This document shows positions 36,720 through 46,666 of a DNA stretch of 64,000 nucleotides, piece after piece (position 1 is the stretch's first letter; the number at the start of each line of letters is the position of its first letter). This DNA is from an archaeon (lineage in GTDB: Archaea; Micrarchaeota; Micrarchaeia; Norongarragalinales; UBA97). Under the pieces are notes generated by a model that saw nothing but the letters and a program-made list of their open reading frames with translations, made no database searches and was not told where the DNA came from. The position numbers and the translations under genes are program-made. The DNA lies in NCBI GenBank assembly GCA_020057405.1, contig JAGVFW010000003.1, positions 64,001 through 128,000 of the forward strand. Reading direction: 5' to 3'.

Positions 36720-36773
36720 CTGAAAGTATTGTGACCGCGGAAGCTAATTAAATCCACGGGCACATTTCTTTCC

Positions 36774-37376
36774 ATGGCAGTAGTCTCAAGAGTGGTTGTT
36801 CTGACCCACCCCCACTTCATGGTAAACTATAGCCTGAACGCCAGGCTACCGGCCTCAAGCGCCATGCTGGAAAAGCTGCATCCGAAAGTCGAGGAGCTAG
36901 CGCAGGGAAACGAGGTGGCCCGTAAAAAACTGCTTTACCTCGCCTCGCTGCAAAACCATTACCGCACTCAGGTTGACGCGATTGCGAAAGAATCCGGCAC
37001 CCACTTGATTTTCCTCGCCGACATTTTCCACAGCGACCCGGACTACATAGGCAATGAAATGGAGGAACTGTCCAGGGCAGGGCTGTCTTCCGAAGTTGCG
37101 AAAAACGTCTTTGACTTTGCGCACGACATGCAGGCGAAGCTCGCTTCCTACGCGAAGGAAAAGATGGCAGACCGCATTTGGGTTTCAAGGGCCACGCCAG
37201 CTTCCGCCGGCCGCGTGCTAAAGGGATACCTTCGACGCAATGGGCACGACCTTCACCCGAAAGCTGAAATCAGCGTCTTTGGCGAATGCTTAGGCGAGTG
37301 CGTCGACGAAGCGCATCAAAGCCTGAAGGATGCCGGCTTTAGAAACGCGGTAATCGACAGGACAAAATCAATTTAA
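36774..37376 (+). CDS. Hypothetical protein (HPHF ... GExxxxCV; possibly cysteine-hydrolase-like fold)
   Basis: 200-aa ORF after an AT-rich TATA-like box; VVVLTHPHF and VFGECLGECV. Confidence 0.65.
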   Translation: MAVVSRVVVLTHPHFMVNYSLNARLPASSAMLEKLHPKVEELAQGNEVARKKLLYLASLQNHYRTQVDAIAKESGTHLIFLADIFHSDPDYIGNEMEELSRAGLSSEVAKNVFDFAHDMQAKLASYAKEKMADRIWVSRATPASAGRVLKGYLRRNGHDLHPKAEISVFGECLGECVDEAHQSLKDAGFRNAVIDRTKSI

Positions 37377-37385
37377 AAAATAGTA

Positions 37386-37546
37386 ATGCGAACACGTATG
37401 ACCGAATTAGTACCGCTTGTTGCGGTGATTGCACACCCCCACTTTCGGGCGAAGTCCACAACGTGTGCGTCACAGAAACCCACGAAAGCATTGTCGCGGC
37501 TGGTTTTGCCAGAGCCAAAATAGCTAGAGAAAAGTCTTTGGGATAA
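37386..37546 (+). pseudogene. Internally deleted paralog of the preceding gene
   Basis: N-terminal LVAVIAHPHF joined out of frame to GEVHNVCVTETHESIVAAGFARAKIAREKSLG*; the two parts match the two termini of 36774-37376. Confidence 0.7.
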
Positions 37547-37551
37547 GCTGC

Positions 37552-38475
37552 CTAGAACTGCACTAGCGAGCGGTACTGCTCGAAGCGCTCGGCAATGTCC
37601 TCGGCGTCTATTGCCGCGAGGCGCTTTAGGGAGAAGTCCTCCACAGCGAAGCTGCCCATCACGCTGCCGTAAGCAATTGCCTTTCGCAATTGCGCTGGAG
37701 TGAGGCCGTCGCGCTCGACGCCGTGCTTTGCGAGGTAGCCGATGAAACCGCCGGCGAATGAGTCGCCTGCGCCCGTCGGGTCCTTTAGTTCCTCTAGCGG
37801 AAATGCGGGGAAGGGATAGACTGCGCCGTGATAGAAGAGGAGGCAGCCGTGCTCGCCTTTCTTGATGACAACTACCTTGGGGCCCATGTCCCAAATCTTT
37901 TTGCCGGCCTTTAGGAGATTGCTTTCTTTTGTGAGAAGGCGAACTTCTGCGTCGTTAAGCACGAGGCAGTCAACAGCGGCGATTGTCTTTAGGAGCGCCT
38001 CGCGCTCGGTGTTGATGTAGAACTCAATAGTGTCCATTGCGGAGAAGCCGCAGTTTTTCACGCTCTTTAGCACGGCGAGCTGCTTTTGCGGCGGCATTGT
38101 CGCGAGGTAGACGAAGCGCGAGTTCTCTGCAGCCGAGTTAGGCACTACAGGATTGAAGGTCGCCAGGCTGTTTAGCTGCGTCTCGTTCGTCGTCCGGCCG
38201 CCCAAGTCGTAGCCGAAGGAAGAGTCGTAGAAGAACGTCTTTTCGCTTGCCGAACGCTGCACGCCAGCCAAGTCAAGGCCGGTGCGTTTTGCGAGGAAAT
38301 CCCAGTGCTCTTTAGGAAAGTCGTTGCCCACAATGCTCACCAAGCTTACTGGTGAAAAGAAGCTCGCGCTGTAGCTAAAGTAGCTGGCCGCCCCGCCGAG
38401 TACGCGCTCTGCAGTCGCGAAAGGCGTGCGAGTCGTGTCAAGGGCTATCGAGCCCGCGCAAAGAATGGATTGCAT
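37552..38475 (-). CDS. PfkB family carbohydrate kinase
   Basis: GSIALD, LGGAASY, IKKGEHG, DPTGAGDSFAGG. Confidence 0.92.
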   Translation of the reverse strand: MQSILCAGSIALDTTRTPFATAERVLGGAASYFSYSASFFSPVSLVSIVGNDFPKEHWDFLAKRTGLDLAGVQRSASEKTFFYDSSFGYDLGGRTTNETQLNSLATFNPVVPNSAAENSRFVYLATMPPQKQLAVLKSVKNCGFSAMDTIEFYINTEREALLKTIAAVDCLVLNDAEVRLLTKESNLLKAGKKIWDMGPKVVVIKKGEHGCLLFYHGAVYPFPAFPLEELKDPTGAGDSFAGGFIGYLAKHGVERDGLTPAQLRKAIAYGSVMGSFAVEDFSLKRLAAIDAEDIAERFEQYRSLVQF

Positions 38476-38547
38476 GAAAATAGTTTGTGGCGGAAAAGAA
38501 GATATACCTTTAAGCTCGGCGTCCCCCCTAGGTTATTGGGAAATGGT

Positions 38548-40590
38548 GTGGAAATCAAAGTAGCCTTGTTGTTAATCACCGCGTGTCTCGTTCTAACCGG
38601 TTGCTTGCAGCAAGAGGCGCCCGAAGCGACTCCGACCCCCACGCCAGCCATTGAAACGCCGACTCCAACTGCCGAGCCGACGCCATCGCCTACGCCAAGC
38701 CCCACTCCGTCGCCAACGCCGTTGCCGACTCCAATGCCAAAGACGTTCCTGCCATTCCCGTCGGTTGAGAACGGCACTGGCTTTTCCATCCAAACGCAAC
38801 TTTACGATTTTCTTGACGAGAGCCAGAACACTGTCGGCGACTACGGCCGCGTCAACGACATTTTCTGGAGTCCGATAACTGGGAACATCGCCAGCATGGG
38901 AGGGTACAAAATCATCGGCTACAAGCGCGGCATCGCGGGAACCGTCTCCACCCAGCAGGACTACTACTTCCTTGCAGGCAGATCGTACTACGACGACAAC
39001 CAAACCGCTTACGTCGCCCGCTACCTACAAGCCTGGCAAGTCATCAACTTCACGCCCGCAATCACCTCGACCGTCATCGCAAACACACACCCGACGATAT
39101 ACATCTTCGGGCAAGAGTACCAAATTGACAACTTCTGGCCCGGCAACTCGAGCCTAGGGCCCGAAGTGACTTTATCGAGAAACAGCACAATACAATCAAT
39201 AAGAAGCCTTACGATTACAATCGGAGAAAAGTTTGAGCTAGATAATGGAAAGCAAATACGACTACAAAAAACCACTCCTCACAGCAGTAATGGCGTGCCC
39301 TACGCTACATTTGAAATTTTAGAAAATAACCTAACGCTTGATTCCACTAGCGTTAACGTGTCACAAGGATTCTATGAAAAAAACGATGTCAGAATCGCAG
39401 TAAAAGACATTAATGAGAACAATTCAATAATTGATGTTGACGCCTCAGCCAAAACCCGATTGAAACTCGCTGACCTCGAACCGATAACAATAACTCAAGA
39501 TGCAAATAAAAGTCAGATTCTATTCACCCAACGGAAGAAAGCGGGCGAGGTTATCGACGCGCCCGGAAACCTGCGGTTGATCCTAGTTTCGATTTCACCA
39601 TACTCCGATTATAACTCACCATTCGCAAGCTTTGAAATTACTCAAAACGGTGCGCGGCTTGACTTCTTTAGCATGAGCAAATCTAGCCAAACCTATTCAA
39701 AGTACGGATTGCAGCTTACGGTTCACGATGTGTTTGTCGGCGGAGGGGATTCCTCCTATGTCGATTTCACTGTGGGCGATGGTTCAAAGTCAGTCAACCA
39801 GGCCAACTACGATAATGGTTGGTCGGTGCGCGTGCGGGCGGAAGATTTCCCGGAGAACCTTAGCTTTATGCCGGCGCTAAAAAGCATCGAGTTGAGGCAA
39901 GCGCCTTCGGACTTCGTTTCTGAAGGCGGTTCGATTAACATGATTTCATGGCCCGTATTCGCACGGCTTACATTCAACGGCCGAACGCAGGTGCCTTTCG
40001 ACACTTTCAACTTGGAGGCATTGGGCCAGCGCAGGTTCTTCATCAACGGCAGTCCCGTTGAATTCGACGCGGTGCTTTTGACTGTTGGCGACAAGTTTTT
40101 GGATGTCGGGAACGGAGCGAACGCTTCGCAGGTCCTCATCGACGCTTCCGAAAACGGCGCGTTCTACTACGCTGCGGACGAAAACCAGTCGATTTACGGA
40201 AACTCGAGCATTTTGAAAGTGCAAACTGATTTTGTCAAGTACACTGGCGACTTTGACTCAAACGTGTCAAGAAATCCGTTGATTTACCACTCTAACGACG
40301 GCACGCTGCAGGTAGAGGAGCTATACGGGTTCGCCAACCACTCTTACTACAATGGCCACTTTGCAATCGGGCTGCCGAAGCTTGAGTCCAACGACACTCC
40401 GGAAGTGAGGTACTACTTTGACACGCCCGGAATCGACAAGGTCAGGCAGCTCAATTCGGGTGCGCAAGTCAAGGAAGGCTGGGTTTCACCGCTCGGGTCA
40501 GTCCTCTCTAGCGACCGGCCGGGCCAAATAAGCATCAACCACGCCAGGACGCAAGCTTACGCAGTATACTACTTCACCGTAACGCCCTAA
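38548..40590 (+). CDS. Lipoprotein-signal surface protein, S-layer-like
   Basis: LVLTGCLQ lipobox-like signal, PT linker, many NxS/T sequons, IYIFGQEY; GTG start chosen. Confidence 0.6.
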   Translation: MEIKVALLLITACLVLTGCLQQEAPEATPTPTPAIETPTPTAEPTPSPTPSPTPSPTPLPTPMPKTFLPFPSVENGTGFSIQTQLYDFLDESQNTVGDYGRVNDIFWSPITGNIASMGGYKIIGYKRGIAGTVSTQQDYYFLAGRSYYDDNQTAYVARYLQAWQVINFTPAITSTVIANTHPTIYIFGQEYQIDNFWPGNSSLGPEVTLSRNSTIQSIRSLTITIGEKFELDNGKQIRLQKTTPHSSNGVPYATFEILENNLTLDSTSVNVSQGFYEKNDVRIAVKDINENNSIIDVDASAKTRLKLADLEPITITQDANKSQILFTQRKKAGEVIDAPGNLRLILVSISPYSDYNSPFASFEITQNGARLDFFSMSKSSQTYSKYGLQLTVHDVFVGGGDSSYVDFTVGDGSKSVNQANYDNGWSVRVRAEDFPENLSFMPALKSIELRQAPSDFVSEGGSINMISWPVFARLTFNGRTQVPFDTFNLEALGQRRFFINGSPVEFDAVLLTVGDKFLDVGNGANASQVLIDASENGAFYYAADENQSIYGNSSILKVQTDFVKYTGDFDSNVSRNPLIYHSNDGTLQVEELYGFANHSYYNGHFAIGLPKLESNDTPEVRYYFDTPGIDKVRQLNSGAQVKEGWVSPLGSVLSSDRPGQISINHARTQAYAVYYFTVTP

Positions 40591-40659
40591 CTCTAGCCGC
40601 TGGCCCCCGGCGCAACGGCTTTTAACGCTTGCCGCGCTAATGATTGCGGTGGGTTTAGT

Positions 40660-40974
40660 TTGACGGTTTTCACGGAGTGGCCTTCGGCCCTTACCCTGCT
40701 GCAAACGCTTTTTGCGCTAGTCGTTTTCCTCTTCCTTCCGGGCTACTTCATCGCCCTCGCGCGCCAAAAGCGGACCGACTTTAAGTCATTGCTTTTTGAG
40801 TCGCCGGCAGAGGCGGTTGGCGAAAGCGTGCTTGTCTCGGCGCTCTTACTCGGGTTTGCGTCAATGGCACTCAGCTTTTCAATCGGATTTAGCACACTAG
40901 CGATAGTCATTGTCGAAATGGCCGTACTTGGCGGCACGTGGTTTTATTGGACAAAGACAAGCAAGCGAACGTGA
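40660..40974 (+). CDS. Small membrane protein (DUF1616-like)
   Basis: FLFLPGYF...E...SVLVS pattern with three hydrophobic helices. Confidence 0.6.
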   Translation: MTVFTEWPSALTLLQTLFALVVFLFLPGYFIALARQKRTDFKSLLFESPAEAVGESVLVSALLLGFASMALSFSIGFSTLAIVIVEMAVLGGTWFYWTKTSKRT

Positions 40975-41447
40975 TTGCACCCGCACTGTTCCTGGCAATA
41001 GTGCTAGCGTCCGCTTGGCTAATTTTGCCGGGAGCGAGAACGACTTTAGGCCCGTGGTACGACCCAGTCGTGACTAAGGAGGAGGTCGACGCTGCTCTTT
41101 GGGTTGACAAGAACATTCCCGCAAAGAGCTTGTTTGCGGCAGACTTGTTCGCCTGCGAGATGCTCGTCTCTGCTGGCAACCAGTTTTGCACCATTGGCGG
41201 AGCATGGGAGCTTGCCGATAGGGCCAACACTCGCTTTTACGAAAACGAGCAGGCATTCATGAGCAACAGCTCCGAACAGGCCCACTCGCTTTTCGTCAAG
41301 TATGGGGTGCAGTACGTCTTCACGCACCCCCGGACGTCTTTCTACGCGTACGGGTGGAAGAAGGGGAACATCAGCAAGTTTGAGGACGCGCGGTACTTCG
41401 AGCGAATCTACTCCGATAGGGGAGTGGAGATTTTCAAGGTGAAATGA
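40938..41447 (+). CDS. Stand-alone GT-C/STT3-like C-terminal soluble domain with an N-terminal anchor
   Basis: EEVDAALWVDKNIP...KYGVQYVF...FERIYSDRGVEIFKV, homologous to the C-termini of the two long GT-C genes. Confidence 0.65.
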   Translation: MVLLDKDKQANVIAPALFLAIVLASAWLILPGARTTLGPWYDPVVTKEEVDAALWVDKNIPAKSLFAADLFACEMLVSAGNQFCTIGGAWELADRANTRFYENEQAFMSNSSEQAHSLFVKYGVQYVFTHPRTSFYAYGWKKGNISKFEDARYFERIYSDRGVEIFKVK

Positions 41448-42526
41448 TGGAGAAAAAAATCCACGCAATCGCGCTCCTCGCAGTAATCCTCATGTCGACT
41501 TACATAGTCTACGACGGGCTATTCAACAAGGCAGGCTACTTCCTGCCGACTTTCGACAACTCGATGCTTCACGCCGGCAGGGCGCGCGTCGTCGTAGACA
41601 CTGGCCACTGGGCGGAAATGGAACTGGTTTTCGGCGGCATCACGAAAAGCTACCACCTGCCGCTTTACCCTGACATCGTCGCGGGCCTCTCGGCCCTCAC
41701 CGGATTAAACGTCTGGTGGGCAGTTCGCCTGGCCGGCCTATTGATTACCGGCCTTTTGTTGCCGCTTTCAATCTACTTGCTTGCAAAGCAAGTTAGCGGC
41801 AGTTGGCAAGCGGGAGTCATCGCCGCATTAGTCACGCCCAGCCTGCCTTCGATAATCACTTGGGGAACGCGCACAAGCCCGATTAGCTTAGGCGTCGTGC
41901 TAGTCGCCTTCGGCATTTACTTTTTGGCAAAAGAAGACTACTGGCTCGCGGGCCTAGCCGGCCTGGCAGTCGCCTTCACGCACCAGCCGTCGCTTTTGGC
42001 ATTCGGCCTCGGGCTATTCATCTTCTTTGGACTAAGGACTATACTACAGGCAAGGGAGGAAAAGAAGCGGGATTACGTCAGGCTCGCGCAGTCTGCATGG
42101 CCGCTGTTTGCCGTCGGCAGCCTCACCCTCGGAGTATACCTATTGTGGCACTTGCGCCAGACTGGCTTCTCGTGCCTGGACTTCAAGTGCCTGCCCCACC
42201 TGGCCTCACACGAGTACGGCACTTCAGTTGACTTGGCGAAATACCTGCAGCTATTGCCCCGTGTTCTCGCCGTTGGCGGCGTGGCGCTGGTCGCGATTTC
42301 AAACCGCTTCAAGTTCGAGCACAAGCTGTTGCTCTTTTCCTGGCTCGCGGCACTCCTAATCCTCGTCAAGAACGACATGCTTGGCATAGGTGTATTCACC
42401 GAGCGCTTCCTAACTTTCTTTGACGAGGCGTTGGCCGTCTTCGCCGGCCTCTTGGCTGGCTGGGCGTACGCCTTGGCAAGCGAGGCACTCGAACAAATCA
42501 GCGGCAGGATGAAATCAAAGGCCTAA
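41444..42526 (+). CDS. GT-C-like polytopic membrane glycosyltransferase domain
   Basis: TFDNSMLH, YHLPLY, IYLLAKQVSGS...AGVIAA, FTHQ and ERF motifs. Confidence 0.65.
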   Translation: MMEKKIHAIALLAVILMSTYIVYDGLFNKAGYFLPTFDNSMLHAGRARVVVDTGHWAEMELVFGGITKSYHLPLYPDIVAGLSALTGLNVWWAVRLAGLLITGLLLPLSIYLLAKQVSGSWQAGVIAALVTPSLPSIITWGTRTSPISLGVVLVAFGIYFLAKEDYWLAGLAGLAVAFTHQPSLLAFGLGLFIFFGLRTILQAREEKKRDYVRLAQSAWPLFAVGSLTLGVYLLWHLRQTGFSCLDFKCLPHLASHEYGTSVDLAKYLQLLPRVLAVGGVALVAISNRFKFEHKLLLFSWLAALLILVKNDMLGIGVFTERFLTFFDEALAVFAGLLAGWAYALASEALEQISGRMKSKA

Positions 42527-42528
42527 AA

Positions 42529-43251
42529 TTAGTAAAGAATCCCGCGCTTCCAAAGCCTCAGGCGCATTGCGACGATGTCTGCAAACATCCTAAGCGAGTC
42601 GCGCAGGAAATTGACTTTCGACTGCCCCGCAAAGCGCTCTTCACTCCAGGCAATGGGCACTTCGGCAGTGCGGTAGCCCATCTTTTGCGCCAGGACGAGA
42701 ACTTCAGTGTCCCAAAACCAGCCACGGCTCTTCACGCGCTTGCAAATCTCGAGGATGACCGGCTTTTTGAAGGCCTTGAGGCCGCACTGGTGGTCGCGCA
42801 AACCCGAGCCGAGCACTATCTGCACGAGAAAGTTGAACACGCTGCTTGCAGTGAGGCGCGAGAGCTCGCGCTTTGCTTTCGCGCCGGGTGCGTAGCGCGA
42901 GCCCGTGACAACATCGCAGCCCTCAAGGGCGGTAAACAACTCCCGAAGCGCTTTCGGGTCTGGTGACAAGTCGGTGTCAATGTAGGCGACAAACTCGCCT
43001 TTTGCTTTGCTAAAGGCGTTGATGAGGGCGCCCCCGCGGCCCAAGCGGCCCTCGAAGTGAAAGACGCGAACGTTTGAGAAACCTCGGGCTGCTTTCTTTG
43101 CAGCCTGAAAAGTCCCGTCCCTGCTTCCGTCCTCGGCGACAATTACTTCGGCAGGCAGGCCCTTAAGCGCGCCTGCGACTTTACCGATTGCCCTGCCAAT
43201 CGACTCTGCCTCGTTGTAGGCGGGCAGGATGACGGAATACTTGATTGCCAT
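42529..43251 (-). CDS. GT2 dolichyl-phosphate hexose synthase-like glycosyltransferase
   Basis: SVILPAYNE, EDGSRDGT, GRGGAL, IDTD, GSRY, DHQCGLKAF, WFWDTE. Confidence 0.9.
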   Translation of the reverse strand: MAIKYSVILPAYNEAESIGRAIGKVAGALKGLPAEVIVAEDGSRDGTFQAAKKAARGFSNVRVFHFEGRLGRGGALINAFSKAKGEFVAYIDTDLSPDPKALRELFTALEGCDVVTGSRYAPGAKAKRELSRLTASSVFNFLVQIVLGSGLRDHQCGLKAFKKPVILEICKRVKSRGWFWDTEVLVLAQKMGYRTAEVPIAWSEERFAGQSKVNFLRDSLRMFADIVAMRLRLWKRGILY

Positions 43252-43288
43252 GTGTGCAGTCATTAGCCCGAAAACCATTTTAAACGGG

Positions 43289-45382
43289 TCAGCTGCGCGT
43301 GCGGAAAATCGCTATGCCCGAATTGGAATAGGCGAGCTCGAAGAACGGCGACGACGAGAAGGTGGCCATGGCGTTGCACTCCCCGCCGGGCCGGACGAGG
43401 ATGTAGCGCGCGCCGTAGTTACTCATCAGCGAGGCGGACTTTGCCGCGTCGCCGCCACAGTAAATCGCCTTGACGTCATGTTCGCGCGACGACGGGTCGT
43501 AGCCAGTGTTGCTGACGTAGGGCGTGAAGGTTAGGAGCCTCAGGCGGCCGGCAACGTCGGTCGGCTGGTTGATGAAAATGTCGGTGACAAAAACGTCCTT
43601 GATGGTCGTGTGGCCTTCCATCCACGAGGCGGCCTGCAAGTCAGTATCCGAGAGGGCGAAAGGCGAGCCGAGCACAAACCACCCCGCTACGAGGAGCGGC
43701 GAGAGCACGCTCGCGGCTATGGCGATTGCGATTACCGGCTTCGGCAGCCTCGCGAGCACGGCGGCGGCCATGATGCAGAGGGGAAGCCACATGAACTGGA
43801 AGAACTTGCCCGTGTCCCAGGAGATTGCGGTGAGCGCAACCGCGTTAGGCACTACAAAGAGCGCGGCCGCCAGGAGCCACAAAAACTTGCTGTCGGCAAC
43901 CTGCGGCGACAGGCGGGAACAGACGGCCGTGGCCCTGGCACCCAACGAAGCGAGCGCGGTCTTGCCCTTGGTTGCAAAAGCCCTACTGCCAAGCCAGGCG
44001 AATGCCAGGCCGGCGATGGCAAGGAAGAGGGGCACGCCAAAGTTGAGGCCATAAAATGTTGCGAATGAAGTCGGGTCGTGGCTGCCTGACTCCCAGCCCC
44101 AATTGAACCGCACTGCCCCCGACGAGCCGGCTTTCTGGAGTGGCAGCAGAACGAATGGAATGGCGAGGACAAGGGGGATTGCAAAACACAAGCCGAGCTT
44201 GAAAACGTCTTTTGCATTCTGCCTGCTCTTGAAAAGTTGGTTTAGCAAGAGGAGGCCGACGGCGATGGCGGAGACAGGCAGGGCGAAGAACTGGAAGGGA
44301 GGCAACAGCGCGGTGAGCAATCCTGCGACAAGCGCCTTTTTGGCCGAGCGCTGCTCAAACGCGAGCGCGATTAGGAGAAGCACGGCGGTGAAGGCGGGCA
44401 GGGCGACGGTTGTCGCGCGGTGGGTGAGGAGTCCGACGCCCATTACTGAAGGGACTTTGAACACGCGCGAGTTCCAGTCGTTGTCAAACGAGCGGTGGCT
44501 AATCATGTCGAGTGCGTCTTTTCCGTGCGAGAGGCCGTCGAAAAACTCCAGGTATCCCATGCCGCCCCCAAAGACAATCAAGACGACCGCGAGGGCGGCG
44601 GCCTTTCGCGAGCGGAGGAAATGCTCGGCTGTTGAGAAAGCCAGGAGTGCAAGCGAGAGGGCGAGGAAGGCTTGGGCGAAAATCATGACGTGCGCAAGCC
44701 ATGCGCCTGAGGAGACTGCGACGAGGGCGGAGTGCAGGTCGGCAAAATAGTGGTAGGCAAACGGCGTGCCGGCAAAGTAAGGCGTCTGGGGAGGGAAGTT
44801 GCCGGCGGCGATAGTTGCGGCAACGGAGTAGTGGAAGAGAAAGTCGCTCCAGTTCCAGCCGCCGTTGACAATGCCGCCGGTCACGTGGCGCCAAGTGCTT
44901 TGGTAGAGAACGCCTGCGACGAAAAGAAATGCTGCAGCGCCAAGCGAGAGAACGAGACGGTCTGCAAAAAGCGAGTTCAGCTCGCCCTTTAGCTTGCTAA
45001 AGTCAATTGCGTAGGCAAGCAAGGCAAGGACGACGGTGCAGGCGGAAACTAAAGCGGGCGAATAGCCGAATACGGTCGCAGCTGCGTTGGCGAAGTGGGT
45101 TGAGGCGAGCACGCTTGCAACTATCGAGGCGCCCACTTTTGCGGGCAACGGCAGCTCCAGGCGGGCAAACGAAATGAGTGCGTATCCTGTTGTGAAAAAG
45201 AAGACTGCAAAGGCCGCGGGCAAGGCGAGGAGGGGGTTTGCAAACCCGAGCACCGCGCTGGCGAGGAGAAATGAAGCGAGGGGATTGGCTTTGGCAAAGG
45301 CAAGGACGCCGTCACCGCCGGTGGAACGCAGACCGCGCCCTACGTTCTTGAGAGAACCGTGCAGCGCTCTTGCCTCACTCAT
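43289..45382 (-). CDS. GT-C-like membrane glycosyltransferase with C-terminal soluble domain
   Basis: WSDFLFH, FPPQTPYFAG...YHYFAD; start reassigned to the ATG of MSEAR, which abuts the upstream stop. Confidence 0.75.
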   Translation of the reverse strand: MSEARALHGSLKNVGRGLRSTGGDGVLAFAKANPLASFLLASAVLGFANPLLALPAAFAVFFFTTGYALISFARLELPLPAKVGASIVASVLASTHFANAAATVFGYSPALVSACTVVLALLAYAIDFSKLKGELNSLFADRLVLSLGAAAFLFVAGVLYQSTWRHVTGGIVNGGWNWSDFLFHYSVAATIAAGNFPPQTPYFAGTPFAYHYFADLHSALVAVSSGAWLAHVMIFAQAFLALSLALLAFSTAEHFLRSRKAAALAVVLIVFGGGMGYLEFFDGLSHGKDALDMISHRSFDNDWNSRVFKVPSVMGVGLLTHRATTVALPAFTAVLLLIALAFEQRSAKKALVAGLLTALLPPFQFFALPVSAIAVGLLLLNQLFKSRQNAKDVFKLGLCFAIPLVLAIPFVLLPLQKAGSSGAVRFNWGWESGSHDPTSFATFYGLNFGVPLFLAIAGLAFAWLGSRAFATKGKTALASLGARATAVCSRLSPQVADSKFLWLLAAALFVVPNAVALTAISWDTGKFFQFMWLPLCIMAAAVLARLPKPVIAIAIAASVLSPLLVAGWFVLGSPFALSDTDLQAASWMEGHTTIKDVFVTDIFINQPTDVAGRLRLLTFTPYVSNTGYDPSSREHDVKAIYCGGDAAKSASLMSNYGARYILVRPGGECNAMATFSSSPFFELAYSNSGIAIFRTRS

Positions 45383-46611
45383 TAAAACGCCCACCTGCCG
45401 AGTGCGAAGAGGAAGAAGAGTGCGGCCATGAGGACTGCCGAAGCGGTGAGGACTAGCGTGCGGGCGCGGCTGTCTTTCGTCCAGACCGCAATTGCGATAA
45501 AGAGCGGGAACGCGGCGAGGAGGTAGCGCGGCAGGCTTATTGGCCAAGAGTCGGCAAGCGACGGGAGAAGAAGCGCCCAGGCAAAGACCTGATAGGAAGG
45601 GCGCATCCACTTTGCCGAAGCAAGAAGAACGAGGACTGCAAACGCAAGCGCTGCCAGCGGGGCGAGGAACACTAGCGCGTTGAAGTAGGATGGGGGCTGG
45701 GACGACACGGTCCGAGCCGCCTCTGCGAAGAACCCGAGAGAAAAAGTGATGGCGTGGTGCCAGTGGTTGCGCTGTATTTCCATAAACGCAAGCGGGCTGC
45801 CGAGCACTGACGCGTTTAGGGCCAAGTAGGCTGCAAAGCCTATGGGCACGAGCAAAATCCACGCAAACGGCGCGAGGCTCGAAAGAGTAAGGTGACTGGA
45901 AGATTTGGAGAGGGTTGAAGTTTGGAGGCTCAAGCGTTGCCGGCTGTTTGCTTTAGTGCGCTTTTGCAGGAAAGAAGGCAGGAGCTTGCCCCCGTTTAGC
46001 TGCATCCACGCTTCAAGCGCGAGTGCGGGAAAGAGCGCGAGGCCGTGGATGCGTGCAAGCGATGCGAGGAATCCTGCAATGCCCGCGTGCATCCAGTTTC
46101 CTTTGCGGGCGAAGTAGACTGACGCTATTGCACAAGCGAGGAAGATTGCCTCGGTGTAAGGGAGGGCAAGGAAATAGGCTGTTGGAAAGAGGAAGAACGC
46201 CCAAAGCGCGCGCTTTGCAGTCGGGAAGTCATAGTCGATGCGCACAAGCGCTTGGAGGAAAAAACCCGCTGCAACGGAAGCCGCAAGCGAGACGAACAGG
46301 CCGGCGGCAACGTAGTCGGGCACGAAATAGTGAACGAGGCTTACTGCAAGGGGGAAGAGCGGGAAGAAGACGATGAAGAGGCGCGCTTCGTCCGAAGGCA
46401 GGTAGCCGTTTTGGGCGATGCTGATGAAGTGCGGGGCGTCCCAGCGGTTGACAGAGTCGGAAACGACTTTCCACGCGGGCGCGCTTGAGTCTAGCACGGC
46501 AAAGCCGGCGATGAGGGCAACTGCAATGAGCGCGAGGCGCACGCCGGAGGCAAGGGCAAGGGCGCTCCCGAACATCCTGCGTTCCTCTAAAGACAGCCGA
46601 CGGAATTTCAC
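45382..46611 (-). CDS. Mannosyltransferase, PIG-V/PMT-like GT-C
   Basis: RWDAPHF..IAQNGY, FFPLFP, FPTAYFL..PYTEAIF, LARIHG, PRYLL..FPLF. Confidence 0.85.
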   Translation of the reverse strand: MKFRRLSLEERRMFGSALALASGVRLALIAVALIAGFAVLDSSAPAWKVVSDSVNRWDAPHFISIAQNGYLPSDEARLFIVFFPLFPLAVSLVHYFVPDYVAAGLFVSLAASVAAGFFLQALVRIDYDFPTAKRALWAFFLFPTAYFLALPYTEAIFLACAIASVYFARKGNWMHAGIAGFLASLARIHGLALFPALALEAWMQLNGGKLLPSFLQKRTKANSRQRLSLQTSTLSKSSSHLTLSSLAPFAWILLVPIGFAAYLALNASVLGSPLAFMEIQRNHWHHAITFSLGFFAEAARTVSSQPPSYFNALVFLAPLAALAFAVLVLLASAKWMRPSYQVFAWALLLPSLADSWPISLPRYLLAAFPLFIAIAVWTKDSRARTLVLTASAVLMAALFFLFALGRWAF

Positions 46612-46666
46612 TAGCGAGTTACGTGCCGCAGGTATTTTAATTCCTGCGGAGTCTTCAATACTGGAA

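Noticed and set aside
45383-45862. ORF-track N-terminal extensions (43289..45862, 46418..48586, 30797, 38470, 14840)
   Set aside because: They overlap neighbouring genes or promoters and read as non-coding shadow; internal starts fit better.
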